This document shows, piece after piece, positions 1-9,324 of a DNA stretch of 64,000 bases. Positions within the stretch are counted from its first letter, which is position 1; each line of letters opens with the position of its first letter. A program made the position numbers and the translations under genes. The stretch is taken from NCBI GenBank assembly GCA_965363675.1, contig CBDTTW010000001.1:1836-65835 (forward strand), in the 5' to 3' direction. The stretch comes from an uncultured Rhodothermaceae bacterium (lineage in GTDB: Bacteria; Bacteroidota; Rhodothermia; Rhodothermales; DASSAV01). The notes below the pieces were generated by a model. It was not told the origin of the DNA, made no database searches, and saw only the letters and a program-made list of their open reading frames with translations.

Positions 1-2
1 TC

Positions 3-3000
3 ACCGTCGGGGGGGCTCCGGTCGCCCTCACCACGGGCGATTACCTGGCGGTATACGACCCCTCCGACGGCCAGCTCGTCGGCGCAGGAGAGGTGGAGTT
101 TGTCCAAGGGACCGGTTACGTCGTGCGGGACGTGTCCATCGCGTTCGACACCGATCCGAACGACGGCATCGACGAGGGGCTCAGCGCTCCGGGTCCGGTC
201 ACGCTGCGCTACTACAGCGCGACCAATAACCGGATCTACACGCTCTCGAACGACGGATCGACGGTGGTGACGTTCCAATCCGGAAATCCCAGCCTCGGTG
301 TCTACAACTCCGTTTATAACGATCCGGGCGACCCGATTACGTTCGTGGCCCCGGCCAGCCCGTCCGTCAGCATCACGAGCGGGGCCGCCGCCTCGGGGGT
401 CGCCGGCACGGCCGGTTCGTTCAACGTGACGACTACCGGCGGCGCAAGCACGACGTTTTCCCTGAACGGGGCTCCGGCGGGCGTAACCGTCGTCAACAAC
501 GGCAACGGCAGCGCCGCGCTGAATTTCGACGGCACGCTGGTTCCGGGCACGTACAACTTTACGGTTTATGCGCAGGACGGCGGCGTCGGCTTTGATTCGC
601 AGGCGTTCACGCTGACGGTCAGCGCGGCTCCGAACCAGGCGCCGACGGCGACCAACCTGACGCAGTCGCTGAACCTGAACGAGGACGCCGCCAACACGGC
701 CATCGGCGACATCGTGGTGTCGGACGCCAACCCCGGCGACCAGATCACGGCCACCATCACGCTGAACACCCCGGCGGCCGGCGCCTTCACGAACCTGGGC
801 ACGGGCGCATACAACGCCGCTACGGGCGCGTACACGGTCACCGGCACGACGGCGCAGGTCAACGCGGCCCTTGCGGGCCTCACGTTCAGCCCGGCGGCCA
901 ACTTCGAAGGCGTCGTCACGGCGAGCGCGCGGGTGCGGGACGCCGCCGGCACAGGCCCTGCGGACGGCACGCTCACGTTTACGGTGGCGGGCATGCCCGA
1001 CGCGCCGACGGCGACCAACCTGACGCAGACGATCAGCGCCACCGCCGGCTCGAACTCGGCCATCGGCGACATCGTCGTGACGGACCCGGATATGGGCGAG
1101 ACCATCACGGCCACCGTCACCCTGAGCGACCCGGCGGCCGGCGCCTTCGCCAACCTGGGCACGGGCGCGTACAACGCCGGCACGGGCGCGTACACGGTCA
1201 CCGGCACGGTGGCGCAGGTCAACGCGGCCCTCGCGGGCCTCACGTTTACGCCTGCGGCCAGCTTCCAGGGCCCGGTCACGGTCTCCACGGTGGTGCGGGA
1301 CGCCGCCGGCGCCGGCCCCGCCGCCGGGACGATCACGTTCAACGTGACGCGCATCAACACCGCCCCGACCGACATCATGCTCTCGGCTAACACGGTTGCG
1401 GAGAACTCGGCCGTGGGCACGCTCATCGGCACGCTGACGGCGACCGACGCACAGGGCGGCGCCATGACGTACACCATCGTCTCGGTAGACGGCGTCAGCG
1501 GCGCGGGTCCGTTCAGCATCGCAGGCGATCAGCTCCGCGTGAACGGCCCTCTCAACTTCGAAGCCAAGAACAGCTATACCGTGCGCGTCCGCGTGACCGA
1601 CTCGGACGGCGCCGGCTTTACGAAGAACCTCACGGTGACGGTCACGAACGTGCCGGAAGCCCCGGTCGTGACGGCCATCCCGGCCGTGACGGCGCCGATC
1701 AGCGCGCCCTTCACGTTCAACGTGTCCGCCAGCGACCCCGAGGGCACGGCCCTCACGTACAGCGCGGTCGGTTTGCCGGCGGGCCTCTCGATCAACGCGG
1801 CGACGGGCGCCATTACGGGCACGCCGACGACGCTTCAGGGCGCTACGCCGGTCACGGTGACCGTGACGGACGCTTCGGGCGCTTCGACGACCGTGACGTT
1901 CAACTTCACGGTGGCGGCGTTCGTCAACCAGGCGCCGGTCATTACGAGCGCGCCGAGCTTCAACGCCTTCGTGGGCATGGCCGCTGCCTTTACGGTCACG
2001 GCCACGGATGCCAACGGCTTCCAGGACGTATCGTTTAGCCTCACGGGCGCGGTCCCGACGGGCGTAACGCTCGCCGACGGCGGCGGCTCCAGCAACCAGG
2101 CTACGCTCAACGTCGGCGCGAACGTGGCGCCGGGCGTCTACACGTTCACGATCAACGCGACCGACGGCGTGGATACGACGACGCAGACGTTTACGCTTAC
2201 CGTGAGCGAGATCCTGCCGATCACGATCAACGGGCAGGAGGACGAAGGGCCGCGCACGATCCAGTTGAATCTGGCGGCGGGGCAGTCCGTGAGCAGCTTT
2301 ACCCAGCCGACGGGCAACGCGGGCACGGTGACGCTTGCGGGCAACGTGTTCACGTTCACCCCGACGGCCAACTTCAACGGTTCGACGAGCTTCACGTACA
2401 ACGTCGTCAACGGCCAGGGCGCTACGGTGGGCACGGGCACGGTGACGCTGAACGTGGCGGGCGTGCCGGATGCGCCGATCTTCGTGCAGCCGCCGGCGCT
2501 CAACGCCTTCGTCGGCGAAAACTTCAGCTTCCCCGTCCAGGTCTCCGACGCCGACGGCGACCCGATCATGATCACGGCCTCGGGGCTGCCGTCCTTCCTG
2601 ACTTACAACGCGGCTACGCGCACCCTCTCCGGGCGCGCCACGGCCGCCGACGTAGGCGAGTATGAAGTGCTGCTTTCGGCCAACAACGGCGAGGCGACGC
2701 TCCGCATTCCGCTGCGCGTATGGGCGGTGCGGGCGCTGACGGCCGTCGCGGACACGGCCACGACGATGGAGGATATGCCGGTGGCGGTCCGGGTGACGGC
2801 CAACGACTTCGGCAGCCTTGAAGGCGGCCTGGAGTTGGTCTCGGTCACGCAGCCGGCCAACGGCACGGCCGTCGTGTCGAACCAGGCTGAGGTGACGTAC
2901 ACCCCGCGCGCCAACTTCAGCGGTACGGACACGTTCACGTATACCGTCCGCGAAAGCCAGGGCGGCACGGTCACGGGCACGGTGACGGTGCGCGTCATGC

Positions 3001-3680
3001 CGGTCAACGACGCCCCGCCGGCGGTCATGATCACGAGCCCGGCCAACGGCAGCAACATCGTGCTGGCGGGCGATTCGCAGCAGCGGCTCAACGTGACGCT
3101 GGCCGTAGACGGCATGAACGTAGACGCCGACACGCTCGACTACGTCTTGCAGCTCTCGACGAGCCAGGACTTTGCGAGCGTGCTTTTCGAGCAGTCGGTA
3201 GGCATGAACACGGGCTTCTACGTCACGTACGGCGATCTGGCGCAGCTTCTGCGCGCGAACGGCGTGCAGACGGGGCGGCCGGTGGAGCTGTGGGCGCGCG
3301 TCGTCACGCGGGACCGCGGCGGCCTGGAGACCGTCGGCGAGCGGCGCTTCATCACGGTGGAGCTGGGCACGCTCACGGCCAACGAAGCGGCCGAACTGCC
3401 GCAGGCGTTCGCGCTCAAGGGCAACTACCCGAACCCGTTCAACCCGTCCACGACGATCAGCTTGGACCTTCCGGCTTCGGCTGAGGTCAGCATCGAGGTG
3501 GTGGACCTGCTGGGCCGTCGGGTGATGCTGCTGCCCGCGCAGGCGATCAGCGCCGGGGCGAACCGCTCGGTGCAGGTCGATGCGGCGGCGCTGGCCTCGG
3601 GCACGTACCTGTACCGGGTGACGGCCAAGATGGCGAACGCAACGAAGGTCGCTACGGGCCGTATGACCCTCGTGAAGTAA
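3..3680 (+). CDS. Giant cell-surface adhesin-like protein with cadherin-like/Ig-like repeats and a T9SS (Por) C-terminal sorting domain; 5' end lies outside the window
   Basis: The frame is open from nt 3 with no stop before the track's start at 93, so the gene is truncated. It has repeated beta-rich T/G/A/V modules, He_PIG-like 'LTYSAVGLPAGLSINAATGAITGTP' and cadherin-like 'VAENSAVGTLIGTLTATD...NFE..NSYTVRVRVTDSDG' segments. The C-terminal tail 'GNYPNPFNPSTTISLDLP...GTYLYRV...' is typical of the Por secretion tail. Confidence 0.85.
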   Translation, partial: TVGGAPVALTTGDYLAVYDPSDGQLVGAGEVEFVQGTGYVVRDVSIAFDTDPNDGIDEGLSAPGPVTLRYYSATNNRIYTLSNDGSTVVTFQSGNPSLGVYNSVYNDPGDPITFVAPASPSVSITSGAAASGVAGTAGSFNVTTTGGASTTFSLNGAPAGVTVVNNGNGSAALNFDGTLVPGTYNFTVYAQDGGVGFDSQAFTLTVSAAPNQAPTATNLTQSLNLNEDAANTAIGDIVVSDANPGDQITATITLNTPAAGAFTNLGTGAYNAATGAYTVTGTTAQVNAALAGLTFSPAANFEGVVTASARVRDAAGTGPADGTLTFTVAGMPDAPTATNLTQTISATAGSNSAIGDIVVTDPDMGETITATVTLSDPAAGAFANLGTGAYNAGTGAYTVTGTVAQVNAALAGLTFTPAASFQGPVTVSTVVRDAAGAGPAAGTITFNVTRINTAPTDIMLSANTVAENSAVGTLIGTLTATDAQGGAMTYTIVSVDGVSGAGPFSIAGDQLRVNGPLNFEAKNSYTVRVRVTDSDGAGFTKNLTVTVTNVPEAPVVTAIPAVTAPISAPFTFNVSASDPEGTALTYSAVGLPAGLSINAATGAITGTPTTLQGATPVTVTVTDASGASTTVTFNFTVAAFVNQAPVITSAPSFNAFVGMAAAFTVTATDANGFQDVSFSLTGAVPTGVTLADGGGSSNQATLNVGANVAPGVYTFTINATDGVDTTTQTFTLTVSEILPITINGQEDEGPRTIQLNLAAGQSVSSFTQPTGNAGTVTLAGNVFTFTPTANFNGSTSFTYNVVNGQGATVGTGTVTLNVAGVPDAPIFVQPPALNAFVGENFSFPVQVSDADGDPIMITASGLPSFLTYNAATRTLSGRATAADVGEYEVLLSANNGEATLRIPLRVWAVRALTAVADTATTMEDMPVAVRVTANDFGSLEGGLELVSVTQPANGTAVVSNQAEVTYTPRANFSGTDTFTYTVRESQGGTVTGTVTVRVMPVNDAPPAVMITSPANGSNIVLAGDSQQRLNVTLAVDGMNVDADTLDYVLQLSTSQDFASVLFEQSVGMNTGFYVTYGDLAQLLRANGVQTGRPVELWARVVTRDRGGLETVGERRFITVELGTLTANEAAELPQAFALKGNYPNPFNPSTTISLDLPASAEVSIEVVDLLGRRVMLLPAQAISAGANRSVQVDAAALASGTYLYRVTAKMANATKVATGRMTLVK
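639..1364 (+). repeat. Two tandem in-frame 363-nt (121-aa) repeat units inside the adhesin gene, with high nucleotide identity
   Basis: 'gcgccgacggcgaccaacctgacgcag' occurs at 639 and again at 1002, an offset of 363 nt. Long near-identical runs follow (ggcgccttc..aacctgggcacgggcgc.tacaacgcc...gcgcaggtcaacgcggccct.gcgggcctcacgtt). Confidence 0.85.
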
Positions 3681-3728
3681 CCCGCCGAAGGGGGCGGCCC
3701 CGTAAGGCGGCCTCCGTAAGGACGCAGT

Positions 3729-3778
3729 AAAAGCAGCAAGCCCCGGGCGCCGTAACGTCCGGGGCTTGCTGCTTTTTT
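3729..3778. terminator. Bidirectional rho-independent terminator between the convergent adhesin and Spy-like genes
   Basis: Perfect stem agcagcaagccccgg / ccggggcttgctgct, flanked by an A-run on the left and TTTTTT on the right. Confidence 0.8.
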
Positions 3779-3821
3779 AGAGCGGGGTAAGGGGGGGTTA
3801 GGGCAGGGTGGGGGCCGCCGG

Positions 3822-4511
3822 TTAGTTGCGCATCCGGCCGCCGCGCCCGCCGCCGCCCATGCGCGCGCCCGGCATGCGCTGCCGGCCGGCGTTCCGGCGC
3901 ATCTGCTCGAACTGTTTGGCGACATCCTCGCCGAGTTCTCGGCGGATGCGCTCCTGGGCCTGCTGCGCGTGCTGCGTCCCGAAGGCTTGCCGCTCGGCCG
4001 CCGTCGCGTTGGGATGGTCGGCGAGCCAGCGGTCGCGCTCGGCGTGCTGCTCCGAGACGATGGCCTGGAGGCGGGCGCGCTGCTCGGGCGTGAGGTTCAT
4101 GAGGGCGCCGCCCATCTGCCCGCGGCCCGCGCCCATTTGCCCGCGCCGCGCGTCCATGCGTCCACGCGCGGCCTTCATGCGGCCCCGGCCGTTGGCCTGC
4201 ATCTGCTGGTACGTCCGGCGCTGCTCCGGCGTCAGCACGCTCTCGACGCGGCCCGTCATTTTGGTGCGGCGCGCCTGCATCTCGGCCTTGCGCTGCGCCT
4301 GGTCGTTTAGCTGCTCGCGGTAGACCTCACGCAGGCGCGTCTTCTGCTCGTCGGTGAGCTTGAGGCGGCCGTCGAGGGCCGTGATGCGGCGCTCGATGCG
4401 CTGCTCGTCGGTGAGAGGGGCGCCGGCGGTGCGGCCTTGCGCCTGCGCCAAAGGCGCGCCGGCGATTAGGGCCGCCGTCGCCAGGGCCAGGGTAAAACGG
4501 TAAATGCTCAT
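3822..4511 (-). CDS. Spy/CpxP-family periplasmic protein (LTxxQ motifs) with Met/Arg/Gly-rich repeats
   Basis: Signal peptide MSIYRFTLALATAALIAGAPLAQAQ. Four LTxxQ motifs (LTDEQ x2, LTPEQ x2). Low-complexity GRGRM/GRGQM segments are present. Confidence 0.7.
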   Translation of the reverse strand: MSIYRFTLALATAALIAGAPLAQAQGRTAGAPLTDEQRIERRITALDGRLKLTDEQKTRLREVYREQLNDQAQRKAEMQARRTKMTGRVESVLTPEQRRTYQQMQANGRGRMKAARGRMDARRGQMGAGRGQMGGALMNLTPEQRARLQAIVSEQHAERDRWLADHPNATAAERQAFGTQHAQQAQERIRRELGEDVAKQFEQMRRNAGRQRMPGARMGGGGRGGRMRN

Positions 4512-4633
4512 GGCAAGTCTCGTTTGGAGGATGGATGAACCGTCTGTCGGCTACACCCATACAACGGACCCTGCCCGGCCGAGTTGTCACGCAAGTATGG
4601 AGATACTACGGCGCAAACGTAAGCGCGCCGCCG

Positions 4634-5161
4634 CTAGTAGCGCAGGAGCGCGTGCACCGGAAGCGCCGAGTTGAGCGCCTGCCGGCCCTGGAGGAAGCCC
4701 AGCTCGATGAGAAATGCAAACCCTACGGGCGTCGCGCCGGCCTGCCGGATGAGGCGGTAGGCCGCCAGCGAGGTGCCTCCAGTGGCGATCACGTCGTCGT
4801 GGATGAGCACCCGGTCGTCCGGCGCGAGGGCATCGACGTGCATCTCGACGCTGTCGGAGCCGTATTCGAGCGCGTATTCCTCCACGAGCGTTCGGTGCGG
4901 GAGCTTGCCGCGCTTGCGCACCGGCACGAAGCCTGCGCCCAGCTCCCGAGCCAGCAAGCCGCCGAGGATGAACCCCCGCGCCTCGACGCCGACGACCTTC
5001 GTCACGCCGGCTTCGCGGTAGGGGGCCGCCAAATGCTCGACGGCGGCGACGAGCAAATCGGCCCGCCCCAGCAGCGGCGTGATATCCTTGAACTGGATGC
5101 CGGGTTTGGGATAGTCGGCGATGTTGCGGACGGCGCGGCCGAGGTCGTCGAGGCTGATCAT
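4634..5161 (-). CDS. apt: Adenine phosphoribosyltransferase
   Basis: Full-length match to the Apt pattern: 'DYPKPGIQFKDITPLL', 'VVGVEARGFILG', and the PRPP loop 'VLIHDDVIATGGT'. Confidence 0.95.
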   Translation of the reverse strand: MISLDDLGRAVRNIADYPKPGIQFKDITPLLGRADLLVAAVEHLAAPYREAGVTKVVGVEARGFILGGLLARELGAGFVPVRKRGKLPHRTLVEEYALEYGSDSVEMHVDALAPDDRVLIHDDVIATGGTSLAAYRLIRQAGATPVGFAFLIELGFLQGRQALNSALPVHALLRY

Positions 5162-5183
5162 ACGGAGGAAGGCAGGAACGGCG

Positions 5184-6302
5184 TTAGGGCAGCCCGGCTT
5201 GCAAATCGCTCTGGTACTGCTGCTGGAAAAGCGCTACGGAGCGAAAGATAGCGTCTGCCACGCGCTCCTGCCCACCGGCGCTCGAAAGAAATGCCGCCTC
5301 GCGCGGGTTGGTGACGAAGCCTACCTCGACGAGCACGGCGGGCATGCTGGCGTTCCAGAGCACGTAGAACCCGGCCTGCTTGACGCCCCGACTGTGGCGG
5401 TCGGCGCCGAAGGCCGCCTCGACGGCTCCGGCAAGGGCTTCGCTTTTCTTGAGGTAGGCGCTGCCCGCGAGGGTCCGGCGGATGAGCGCCGCCTCGTCCA
5501 TGTCGGCGTACGTCTCGGCTTCGTAGGCCACCACGCTGTTCTCGCGCTCCATGACCTCGCGCGCGGCGTCGGTTTTGTGCAGCCCCAGGAAGAACGTCTC
5601 GGTGCCGGCGGCGGCGGGGGCGGCGGCGGCGTTGGCGTGTATGGAGATGAACAGCTTGCCGCCGGCGGCGTTGGCCCGGCGCCCGCGCTCGCGCAGGCTC
5701 ACGAACGTATCCGTATCGCGGGTGTAGACGACGGCCAGGCCCAGCTCGCGGCGGATGCGCGCGCCGAGGCGCTGCGCCAGGGCAAGCGTGACGTCCTTCT
5801 CGCGCACGCCGTTGGCCGTGGCGCCCGTGTCGTGGCCGCCGTGCCCGGCGTCGATGATGACGGTGTCGAGGTTCCAGCGCGCTTCGAGCGCGGGGGCCTC
5901 GGGCGCCGGCGCGGCAGGCGGGCGGGCGGCGATGTGCAGCAGAACCTCGCTGCCCCCGGCGTCGCGGTAGGCGGCGGCCTCGACCGGCGCGCCCGGGGCC
6001 AGGCGCACCCACAGCGTCGCATAGCGCGGCCCGGCCTCGACGGCGTAGCCCTGCACCGGAAACAGCGCCGCGGCCTGCTCGGCGATGCGCTCGGTATGCA
6101 CGCCGTAGAGCTTGAGCGCCACGACGCCCTCGCGCACGACGGGCTGCCCGAAGCCTTGCACCGGCTCGGTCAGGCGCAGCCGGAGGACGACGCCCTCGCC
6201 GGCGGGGTGGGCGCCGATCTGCACCTCGGCGATGCGCCCTGCGCCGGACGCTGCGAACGGCGCCGCGCCGCAAAGCAGCAGCAGGAAAATCAGGGACTTC
6301 AT
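5184..6302 (-). CDS. N-acetylmuramoyl-L-alanine amidase (Amidase_3 family), secreted
   Basis: Signal peptide MKSLIFLLLLCGAAPFAASG. Amidase_3 motifs 'IIDAGHGGHDTGA', 'ISIHANA' and 'VLVEVGFVTNPREA'. Confidence 0.9.
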   Translation of the reverse strand: MKSLIFLLLLCGAAPFAASGAGRIAEVQIGAHPAGEGVVLRLRLTEPVQGFGQPVVREGVVALKLYGVHTERIAEQAAALFPVQGYAVEAGPRYATLWVRLAPGAPVEAAAYRDAGGSEVLLHIAARPPAAPAPEAPALEARWNLDTVIIDAGHGGHDTGATANGVREKDVTLALAQRLGARIRRELGLAVVYTRDTDTFVSLRERGRRANAAGGKLFISIHANAAAAPAAAGTETFFLGLHKTDAAREVMERENSVVAYEAETYADMDEAALIRRTLAGSAYLKKSEALAGAVEAAFGADRHSRGVKQAGFYVLWNASMPAVLVEVGFVTNPREAAFLSSAGGQERVADAIFRSVALFQQQYQSDLQAGLP

Positions 6303-6537
6303 AGGCGCAAGGCGGCAACGAATGTACGCCTATGCGCCCGGCAACATTCACGCCGATTGTCCAGAGGGCCGCCTTTGCCGCCGGCAGGCGCCCGGATGCC
6401 CCGATGCGCGCGAAAGGCGGCGTTCGGGGGAGCGAAGGAGGCGCAGATTCTAAACGGCGCAGCTACAATATGTAAGCCGCCCCGAAGCAAGGCTCCGGGG
6501 CGGCCGTCGTTGCGCCAAGACGTGCCTCAAGAAGAGA

Positions 6538-7389
6538 CTACCAGTCCAGGTTGTCCTCGCCGAGCATCTCCTTCATGCGCCGGTCGATGATCTCGTCTTT
6601 GTTGCGCTTGCGCTCTTCGAGGCGCGCGGCCTCGGCCTCGGCCTGCGCGTTCATCTCGTCCAGGCGCTGCGCCTGGGCCTCCAGGCGCTTGTCGAACGCC
6701 TCGTCCAGCTTACGCTCCAGGTCGCGTTCGAGCTGCTTGCGCCGGGCGGCTTCGGCTCCTCGGGCGCTGCGGGCCAGCTCGGCGGCTTCGCGCTCCAGCG
6801 CGCGGATCTCCGGATTGGCGAGGGCCAGCGCGTGCGATAGGTTGTCCAGCGCGTCGGCGCCGTCCACGTCCATGCGGAACACGCGCACGTCGCGCACAGC
6901 GTCCAGCATGTCGGCAAAGCCGTCCGCGTTGGGGGGCTGCACAAAGCGCTCGATCGTGACGTTGCCATCGGCGCCGGGAAGCCGGCTGAGGCGCTCGATC
7001 AGGGCGTTGGCGTCGGGCTGCTGCCGGAACAGCGCCGCGTGCTGCTCCGCAAGGCGGCGCAACTGCTCGGCGTCGAGCGGTTGCGTGCGCCTGAGGGGGG
7101 AGGCGCCGGGGGCGAGGTTCTCGCGCAGCACATCGCCGCCCTGCACGGCGACGGCGCCGTTCTTGTCGATCACGATGACGGTGCGCCGGTCCTCGCCGCC
7201 CGCCGCCTCAGGGGCGGGCGCGGCCTCTACGCCGTTGACGGTGACGGCGCCGCTTTTGTCGATGACGATGACGGTGCGCTCGCCGTCGGGGACGGCGGGC
7301 TGCTCCTGTGCAAGCGCCGCCGGCAGGGTGCAAAAGAAGACGCCCGCGGCAAAGGCGACGCAGGCGCTTCGGAGGGGGAATGGCTTCAT
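6538..7389 (-). CDS. Secreted hypothetical protein with a duplicated 'RTVIVIDK.GAV.V.G' motif and a C-terminal coiled coil; paralog of 7517..8512
   Basis: Start re-picked at MKPFPLRSACVAFAAGVFFCTLPAALAQ (cat at 7387-7389). The C-terminus '...RNKDEIIDRRMKEMLGEDNLDW' resembles the neighbour's '...TNRKQIIEQRALELIGSPAGARW'. Confidence 0.65.
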   Translation of the reverse strand: MKPFPLRSACVAFAAGVFFCTLPAALAQEQPAVPDGERTVIVIDKSGAVTVNGVEAAPAPEAAGGEDRRTVIVIDKNGAVAVQGGDVLRENLAPGASPLRRTQPLDAEQLRRLAEQHAALFRQQPDANALIERLSRLPGADGNVTIERFVQPPNADGFADMLDAVRDVRVFRMDVDGADALDNLSHALALANPEIRALEREAAELARSARGAEAARRKQLERDLERKLDEAFDKRLEAQAQRLDEMNAQAEAEAARLEERKRNKDEIIDRRMKEMLGEDNLDW

Positions 7390-7516
7390 GAACGGTCTCC
7401 AGAGGGTTGGGTTTGGGTGAGCGCAGGGCGCAGCTCCTCCATGAGCCGACGCCGCTGCGTGTCGGGGGGTCTGGCGCAACAGGGGGATGCAGGGGGCGCG
7501 GTGGGGCCGCGCCCGT

Positions 7517-8512
7517 TTACCAGCGCGCTCCGGCGGGTGAGCCGATCAGTTCGAGCGCGCGTTGTTCTATGATTTGCTTGCGGTTGGTCTCGCGCTCGCG
7601 CAAGCGCAGGCGCAGGGCGTCGAGCTGGCTTTCGAGGTGGCGCACCTCCCGGCGGCGATTCTCCTGCTTCAGGTCGAACGCGTCGTTCAGGATGCCGCGA
7701 AGCTGCTGCTCCAGCAAGGTGCGCCGCGCCGCGTCGGAGGCGCCGCGAATGTCCGAGGCGAGCGCGAGGCTGCGTTCTTCGAGCTGGTTTTCGCGGAGCA
7801 GGCGGTTGTACAACTCGCCGTTGTGCCGGCGCACGTCGTCCAGGTAGGCGGTGTACTCCATGCGGGGCAGGTCCTCAGCCATGCGAAGCATGTCCTGGGC
7901 CGAATTGCGCAGGCGGGCGGCGCTCTCGGGGGCGCCGGCCCGCTCCAGCTCGCTGCTGCGCCGGAGGAATTGCTGCGCGTGCAGGGCGATCATGTCTACC
8001 TGCGGGCCGGCCACCGAAGGCGCGACTTCCAGGCGCGGCGCGGCCTCGAAGGCCGGCGCTTCCGCCGCCGGGGCCACCCCGAACGAAGCCGCCAGCCGGG
8101 CGCTCTGGGGGGCGGCGCCCTCAAAGGGGAACGCGCGCATGACGGGTTCGCCGAAGCTGAAGCCGGAGACGCCTTCGAAGTGCACGACGACGCCTTGGGT
8201 CTCCAGTTCGCGGAGGTTCGCGCCGTCGAGGGCGAACAGGCGCTCGCCGAGCATAAAGACCGGCTGCACGTCGCCGCTGAACGTGATGCGCGCCTCGGCG
8301 AGCGTCTCCGGGGCCAGGTCGTCGGGCAACTGCGCCGCCGCCATGCGGGCGCCGTCGAGGTAGAGCACGCCGCCGCGCACTTCAAAGGTTCGTTCGGCGG
8401 CCGTCTGCGCACGCAGGGGCGCGGCAAAGGCGCCGGCCAGCAGAAGCGCCGCCGCCAGCAGGCCGAGCCGCTTCGGCGCGGAAGGATTCAGGGGTGGCAA
8501 CGTCTCGCGCAT
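7517..8512 (-). CDS. Secreted hypothetical protein with a C-terminal coiled coil; paralog of 6538..7389
   Basis: Signal-like N-terminus 'RLGLLAAALLLAGAFAAPLRAQ'. It shares the C-terminal N-[RK]-x-x-I-I-x-x-R...E-[LM]-[IL]-G...W end motif with the downstream gene. Confidence 0.65.
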   Translation of the reverse strand: MRETLPPLNPSAPKRLGLLAAALLLAGAFAAPLRAQTAAERTFEVRGGVLYLDGARMAAAQLPDDLAPETLAEARITFSGDVQPVFMLGERLFALDGANLRELETQGVVVHFEGVSGFSFGEPVMRAFPFEGAAPQSARLAASFGVAPAAEAPAFEAAPRLEVAPSVAGPQVDMIALHAQQFLRRSSELERAGAPESAARLRNSAQDMLRMAEDLPRMEYTAYLDDVRRHNGELYNRLLRENQLEERSLALASDIRGASDAARRTLLEQQLRGILNDAFDLKQENRRREVRHLESQLDALRLRLRERETNRKQIIEQRALELIGSPAGARW

Positions 8513-8524
8513 GTAGGCTTCAGG

Positions 8525-9247
8525 CTAGAACTGCCTCATCGAGGCGGGTTGTACGAGAGGAAGGTTGCGGCCGGAAGGCGGCGCGGGCATCAGGTCTTCC
8601 TCGTCCCACGCGGCCTCGGCGCTGCGGGCCTCCAGCAGCTCGACGCGCCGGTGAAGGTGGTACACCTCGTCGGCCTCGTCCCAATCGTAGCCGCCTGCTT
8701 CGAGCGCCTGGCGCGCTTCTTCGGCCGTGGCCGGGCGCACCGACGCTTCCGCCGGGCGGGCGGCGGCGAGCCGGGCGGCGGCCTCCGGCGCGGCGGGCTG
8801 CGGGCGCGCCGGCGCGGCGGGCGCGGTCTGCTCGGCGCGGGGGGCAGGCGCAGCGGCAAGCTCGGCCGCCGGGGGCGCTTCGGGAGCCGCCAGGTGAGGC
8901 GTGGAGGCCGCCGGCGAAAGCCCGGCTTCGGGCGCCAGGCGCCACACGCCGATGCTGAGGGCGATCAGAAACGCGAAGGCGGCTCCGGTAAGGCTGTACA
9001 GAGGGATCCGGCGGTTGCGCATGCGCGGGCGCGGCCCACGGTCGGCGCGCGGACCGGCGCTGCGCGGCTTCTCGGCCGCCAGAAACACGGCGTCGAGCGC
9101 GGCGCGGCTGGGCCGCAGGCGCGGGCGCGCATCGAGCGCTCGCTTTACTTCGGCGAGGGCTTCCTGCTCGCGCAGGTCTGCGCCGCTGCGGGGCGGCGCG
9201 TCTTCATCCGGGTAGAGCGCCCAGACAGAGGAAAAGGTATCGTCCAT
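8525..9247 (-). CDS. Single-pass membrane protein, putative anti-sigma factor (assigned by position only)
   Basis: Start re-picked at MDDTFSSVWALY (cat at 9245-9247). One TM helix 'LYSLTGAAFAFLIALSIGVW' is followed by a Pro/Ala-rich segment. It sits 78 nt downstream of the ECF sigma gene. No HxxxCxxC zinc motif was seen. Confidence 0.45.
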   Translation of the reverse strand: MDDTFSSVWALYPDEDAPPRSGADLREQEALAEVKRALDARPRLRPSRAALDAVFLAAEKPRSAGPRADRGPRPRMRNRRIPLYSLTGAAFAFLIALSIGVWRLAPEAGLSPAASTPHLAAPEAPPAAELAAAPAPRAEQTAPAAPARPQPAAPEAAARLAAARPAEASVRPATAEEARQALEAGGYDWDEADEVYHLHRRVELLEARSAEAAWDEEDLMPAPPSGRNLPLVQPASMRQF

Positions 9248-9324
9248 GACAAAGGTCCTTCGAATAACGCTGACGCGTATGGCAATACTCGCTGTTTCCC
9301 GATGCCGGGGCTGCCGAAGAACGC

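Noticed and set aside
639-1364. Tandem repeats considered as a possible CRISPR array or minisatellite
   Set aside because: The units are 363 nt, in frame, coding and contiguous with no spacers. They are protein-domain repeats. I saw no short repeat-spacer architecture anywhere in the window.
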